A stretch of DNA of 20,000 bases from an uncultured virus (IMG/VR IMGVR_UViG_3300035698_029539) (lineage: Duplodnaviria > Heunggongvirae > Uroviricota > Caudoviricetes): IMG/VR virus record IMGVR_UViG_3300035698_029539. One strand, 5' to 3'. Each line of letters begins with the position of its first letter. The first letter of the stretch is position 1. Below, piece by piece: positions 16,269 through 20,000 of the stretch. The position numbers were made by a program, and so were the translations under genes. The notes beneath the pieces were generated by a model, which had not been told where the DNA came from, searched no databases, and saw only the letters and a program-made list of their open reading frames with translations.

Positions 16269-16706
16269 ATGAGTACGAGAAACCATCCTAATATACATGC
16301 GGTTGGCTTGGCTATGGATATGTTGGAATCCATAAGAAAGAACTTGCGTGGTCATGCAGATGAGCGAATAAAGGATATGGGAGATGTTATTAGTCTTTTG
16401 CGTGGAGATATCGAGGAATTTATAATTGGTATTTCGACCAAGCTGGATAAAAATTATAAGAAATTAGATTTAAATCGAAATTGGGATAATAAGGAGGAGA
16501 AGGTGGATAAGGTGGAAGTTGATGCTGTTATAAAAAATAGGAGTGGATTTATAATGCATCTAAAGGGTAAGAATACTGGTTCTGAATGTGGTGGTTCGGG
16601 AGAATGGGCTACTAATTATCCAAAAAATATCACTACTGATTCTACGAGGGTTACTTGTAAAACTTGCAGAAAATCGGTTGCTTGGAAATTGAAAGAAATC
16701 AAATAG
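16269..16706 (+). CDS. Hypothetical protein with C-terminal H-x8-C...VTCKTC zinc finger (145 aa)
   Basis: GAGGTGA SD; H/C/CxxC cluster. Confidence 0.8.
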   Translation: MSTRNHPNIHAVGLAMDMLESIRKNLRGHADERIKDMGDVISLLRGDIEEFIIGISTKLDKNYKKLDLNRNWDNKEEKVDKVEVDAVIKNRSGFIMHLKGKNTGSECGGSGEWATNYPKNITTDSTRVTCKTCRKSVAWKLKEIK

Positions 16707-16716
16707 GAGTTATTAT

Positions 16717-17652
16717 ATGGGAAAACGAGATATAGAAATTGATGAAATTACTCAATGTACTGAATGTGGCAGTGAAAATTTGAATCAGGACCATGAGAGG
16801 GGTGAGTTAGTTTGTGATAAGTGCGGATTGGTATTAGATGATAGTGCTATAGACCAGGGTAAAGATTGGCGTTCATTTGATTCTGAACAGGATAATGCAA
16901 AGGCTCATAGTGGTCCAGCTTCGACTTTGATGTTGCATGATAAGGGTTTATCAACTGGATTACCTTTTTCGACTCGTGATTCTTCTGGAAAGAATATGCC
17001 GATGAAAAATCGTGCTCAGTGGTATAGGATGCGAAAGTGGCAGAGGCGAATTCGTGTTGCCAATGCGGTGGAGCGTAATCTGGTTTTTGCTTTGAGTGAA
17101 CTGGACAGGATTGCTTCTTCGATAAACCTTCCGAGGTCGATTAGGGAGACTGCTGTTGTATATTATAAGAGGGCGATAGCATTAAATCTCATAAGGGGCA
17201 GGTCGATTGAGGGTGTTGTTGCTGCTTGTTTATATGCTTCGTGTCGTAAAAATAATGTACCGAGAACTTTGGATGAGATTGGTGATGTTTCGAAGGTAAG
17301 TCGAAAAGAACTTGGTCGCACATACCGATTTTTGGTGCGTAGTATTGGAGTTAAATTACTTCCGACTTCACCACAGGATTACATTCTGCGTTTTTGTTCT
17401 GAGCTTCAAGTGAGTAATAAGGTGATTGCCAAGGCTTCTGAGATAATCAAGGAGGCTGAGAGATTGGAATTAACATCGGGAAGGGGTCCGACGGGCGTTG
17501 CGGCTGCAGCCATCTACATAGCGAGTGTTGTTATGGGTGAACGTAGGACTCAGCGTGAAGTGGCGGAGATAGGCTGTGTAACAGAGGTAACGATAAGGAA
17601 TAGATATAAGGAATTGTCTGCACGATTGGATATTGATGTTAATGTGATGTAG
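16717..17652 (+). CDS. tfb: Archaeal transcription initiation factor B (TFB/TFIIB)
   Basis: Zinc ribbon CTEC...CDKC, B-reader [64 protein letters not shown]...[13 protein letters not shown]. Confidence 0.97.
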   Translation: MGKRDIEIDEITQCTECGSENLNQDHERGELVCDKCGLVLDDSAIDQGKDWRSFDSEQDNAKAHSGPASTLMLHDKGLSTGLPFSTRDSSGKNMPMKNRAQWYRMRKWQRRIRVANAVERNLVFALSELDRIASSINLPRSIRETAVVYYKRAIALNLIRGRSIEGVVAACLYASCRKNNVPRTLDEIGDVSKVSRKELGRTYRFLVRSIGVKLLPTSPQDYILRFCSELQVSNKVIAKASEIIKEAERLELTSGRGPTGVAAAAIYIASVVMGERRTQREVAEIGCVTEVTIRNRYKELSARLDIDVNVM

Positions 17653-17661
17653 GTGATTAAA

Positions 17662-17929
17662 ATGGAATGTAAATTAAAAAGTTGTAAGAAGGAACATGCA
17701 AATGAGCAGGAATGTAGAAGATGCGAATATACTGGTCTTCATACGATGTTGCGCAATTCAATAGACGAAGATGATTCACAATCAATGTACTATTTGAATG
17801 TGGCTTTGAATGAATTTGAAGAGGAATATAAGGATGATATAGAGATATCAATACGACCTGCGATTGCCGAAATTTTTAACTGAGGAAATGACCAAGCTTT
17901 GTTTGCTTTGGAATCATTTGGGCAAATGA
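17662..17929 (+). CDS. Small Cys-rich protein; as given it stops at 17883, but it probably extends to 17929 if one T of the 17873-17877 run is spurious
   Basis: ATG 17662 after AGGTGA; CKLKSC...CRRC; removing one T gives ...AEILTEEMTKLCLLWNHLGK* ending just before promoter copy 5. Confidence 0.55.
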
Positions 17930-17952
17930 AATGCGATAAAATCATAATAACC

Positions 17953-17978
17953 TTTATATACACCCAATAATATATAGG
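17953..17978 (+). promoter_or_regulatory. Conserved bipartite promoter-like motif, copy 5 (TTTATATAC-ACCCAATAA-TATATAGG)
   Basis: TATA box begins 28 nt before ATG 17981, a spacing consistent with a leaderless archaeal transcript. Confidence 0.78.
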
Positions 17979-17980
17979 GT

Positions 17981-19519
17981 ATGATGAAAAGAGATAATAT
18001 GGCTGATATGATACCTGAAGACGTTAAGGTGATACTGCGTCTTTTCGAGGGTTCTTACTTAGTTGGAGGCTCGGTTAGGGATATTGTTATGGGTATTGAG
18101 CCTCATGATTATGATGTTTGTACACCTCACAGACCGCTTGAAATAGTTAAGATTCTGGAGGCGAATGGTCTGAAAGTTATACCGAAGGGCATTGATTTTG
18201 GAACCGTTTCTACGATAATGCCTACGGTTGGCGAGATTGAGATAACGACTTTCAGGTCGGAAGTTTACGAGAGAGACAGAGGTAGAAAGCCAATAGTTAC
18301 TTTTGGGGCGACCTTGGAAGAGGATTTATCCAGGCGTGATTTTAGCATCAATGCGATGGCGATATCGCTGGATGGCAGTCTGATTGACCCTTTTGGTGGA
18401 ATGGAGGACATAAAGGCTAAAATAATCAGATTTGTTGGAGATGGGCGAGAGCGAATTAGGGAAGACCCTCTTAGAATGTCAAGAGCTTGCCGATTTTCTG
18501 CGAGGATGGGATTTGAAATTGTTGAAAATGATTTTAAAATCATTTGTGAGAATAAAAGTGAAATTCACAGAATTTCGATTGAAAGGCTTTTCGGGAAGGA
18601 GGATGGGGAATTCAAAAAATCGGAAAGATTCATGGCAAAATTCTTTCAGAAGTTCTATGAGACTGGATTAGCCGGGCAGATATTCGGTGAAATCATTGAC
18701 CGCATGGCTAACTGTATACATGATAATGTTTGGCATCATGGTGAAACGGTTATCGAGCATACTATCGAGGGACTTCAGAGAATGGATGATATGGATGGCG
18801 TTAAATACGTTATCAAGATGGCTTATATCTTTCATGACATGGGTAAGCCTGATGCTTGTAGTATTGTTGGCGACCGAGTTCACTTTTATGACCATGCGAT
18901 ATATTCATACAGAATAGCTGAGGAGATTCTTGCTACGATAAGTGGAATGCGTAATGATACGAAGAAAGAAATCCTTTTCCTTGTTGGACAGCATATGAAA
19001 CTGCCGATGCTGAATCCTAAAAAATATGCAAAGTTCGGCGTTGATTATATACTTAGAAACATTCCTCTGGAATGGATAAAAGACATGACTATAATGATGT
19101 ACGCTGATGGTATGAATCCGAAGCCAGACAAGGGTCTTTACAATAAAATGAAAATCGTTTACGATACGCCGAGACCGGATGGAAATAAGTTTAAAAACCA
19201 TTTTCCTGCGCATGAAAGGAATGGTCTAATAAAGGAAGCCTGGATACTGGCGGCTCGTAAAAACCTTTTTCCGAAGGTCAATACTCCTAAATCGGACGAT
19301 AGGCTGAAACATGAGGCTGAAGTTCGCAAGATATTCGATTCGGTTAAGATTGGAGATAAAATTAAATCGGGTAGGGCTATTGTCAAAAAGGGTGAAACGC
19401 TAATAACGAAAGGTAAAGAATACGTTGTTAAGGGTAAAAAGGAAAACTTTGTTTTCCTTGTTGATTCTGATATTGAGAATCGAAATGGATATATCAATGC
19501 TTTTACGATGGTGGTATAA
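17981..19519 (+). CDS. cca: Class II (bacterial-type) tRNA nucleotidyltransferase / CCA-adding-poly(A) polymerase family protein with HD domain
   Basis: LVGGSVRD, DYD, EITTFR, EDLSRRDFSINAMA, DPFGG, EDPLRMSRACRF, SIER; HD domain EH...HDMGK...HFYDHA. Confidence 0.9.
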   Translation: MMKRDNMADMIPEDVKVILRLFEGSYLVGGSVRDIVMGIEPHDYDVCTPHRPLEIVKILEANGLKVIPKGIDFGTVSTIMPTVGEIEITTFRSEVYERDRGRKPIVTFGATLEEDLSRRDFSINAMAISLDGSLIDPFGGMEDIKAKIIRFVGDGRERIREDPLRMSRACRFSARMGFEIVENDFKIICENKSEIHRISIERLFGKEDGEFKKSERFMAKFFQKFYETGLAGQIFGEIIDRMANCIHDNVWHHGETVIEHTIEGLQRMDDMDGVKYVIKMAYIFHDMGKPDACSIVGDRVHFYDHAIYSYRIAEEILATISGMRNDTKKEILFLVGQHMKLPMLNPKKYAKFGVDYILRNIPLEWIKDMTIMMYADGMNPKPDKGLYNKMKIVYDTPRPDGNKFKNHFPAHERNGLIKEAWILAARKNLFPKVNTPKSDDRLKHEAEVRKIFDSVKIGDKIKSGRAIVKKGETLITKGKEYVVKGKKENFVFLVDSDIENRNGYINAFTMVV

Positions 19520-19722
19520 TGGAAAAGAAAAGGGTAACATTTGGAACATTAAAAGTTGGTCAAATATTCAGTTTGGGAAAATTTGCCGATTCATTGAATA
19601 ATATAAAGGTAATTCCTTCAGTACTTATTGGTGACTGCGAACCTTTCAACGTGATTTCTTTGAGTAATGGTCGACCGAGAACCTTTCGGGATGAAGAAAT
19701 GGTATATGTTGAGGAGATATAA
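19519..19722 (+). CDS. Small hypothetical protein (67 aa)
   Basis: TAATG coupling at both ends; GGTGGT SD. Confidence 0.7.
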   Translation: MEKKRVTFGTLKVGQIFSLGKFADSLNNIKVIPSVLIGDCEPFNVISLSNGRPRTFRDEEMVYVEEI

Positions 19723-19865
19723 TGATAGTATGCAGTTCATGCGGAGTTCATTATGATTCGTGCCATACTGAATCTATTAAGGTAGAGCGTGATTTTTATG
19801 ATGATGATTTATATTATCATGATGAATGGAAATGTGCTGTGTGTGGGGAATTCAATCGGGAATAG
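19722..19865 (+). CDS. Small zinc-ribbon protein (47 aa, MIVCSSCG...WKCAVCGEFNRE), below the ORF-track cutoff
   Basis: Hand translation; GAGGAG SD; two CxxCG motifs. Confidence 0.75.
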   Translation: MIVCSSCGVHYDSCHTESIKVERDFYDDDLYYHDEWKCAVCGEFNRE

Positions 19866-19873
19866 GTGATAAT

Positions 19874-20000
19874 ATGAAACTTCAGGAGATAATTGATAAT
19901 ATAGATAAAAAACATTCAGATGATGTTGATGTAGAATGTTTTGCAGAGGAATTTTTTGGCTCATTATTAGAACGACATGGAACGTTCATGAGTGTACCAG
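19874..20000 (+). CDS. Hypothetical protein, 5' part only (MKLQEIIDNIDKKHSDD...)
   Basis: AGGTGA SD; open to the window end. Confidence 0.65.
   Translation, partial: MKLQEIIDNIDKKHSDDVDVECFAEEFFGSLLERHGTFMSVP

Noticed and set aside
10289..17970. TGA recoding or readthrough (frames stay open after the TGA of pncB at 10424 and after the TGA at 17883)
   Set aside because: Many other genes end in TGA coupled to the next start, no conserved gene has an internal TGA, and single-base indels explain both cases more simply
14848..19497. Minus-strand ORFs right of 14490 and out-of-frame plus ORFs 18432..18671 and 18687..18917
   Set aside because: Lie inside supported plus-strand genes; no independent evidence
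19670..19700. RPRTFRDE in ORF 19519..19722 as another RxLxFR tail
   Set aside because: Lacks the Leu/Ile position and the acidic linker; probably chance
1..20000. CRISPR array, tRNA/rRNA genes, transposase or integrase
   Set aside because: No regularly spaced repeats, cloverleaf-like GC stems or recombinase motifs seen by eye; a tRNAscan/Infernal run would be needed to fully exclude small RNAs
1..20000. Assignment as a Borg element
   Set aside because: Strand bias and low GC fit loosely, but no perfect tandem direct-repeat arrays are visible and the TFB/Prs look Thermoplasmatota-like rather than Methanoperedens-like

Overview
AT-rich, gene-dense window (about one-third GC by eye) that reads as part of a large archaeal virus or other large extrachromosomal element, probably of a Thermoplasmatota-like host. 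Support: an archaeal TFB, an archaeal-type Prs, GGTGA/GGAGG Shine-Dalgarno sites, TATA-type promoters, many small CxxC proteins and a YopX domain. No capsid, terminase, polymerase or integrase gene is present, so the element type is inferred. All credible genes from 1 to ~14490 are on the minus strand and all from ~14490 on are on the plus strand. Recognisable genes: TFB, nicotinate phosphoribosyltransferase (PncB), a Prs-like protein lacking its ribose-5-phosphate/PRPP-binding motif, a class II CCA-adding/HD enzyme, a radical SAM/SPASM-like enzyme with a CX15CX2C motif, a classical AAA ATPase with an HbYX-like tail, an M23 peptidase and an MKIRxGFVSNSSSSSF-type protein. The main unexplained signals are: (1) a bipartite promoter-like motif TWWATAC-N9-TATATAGG in five intergenic positions on an element with its own TFB; (2) a C-terminal R-x-L-x-F-R tail shared by a four-gene paralog array and an unrelated membrane protein; (3) a Prs-like/PncB pair resembling, but distinct from, phage NAD+ reconstitution pathways; (4) a strand-switch point where two apparently headless membrane-protein gene tails are joined back to back.
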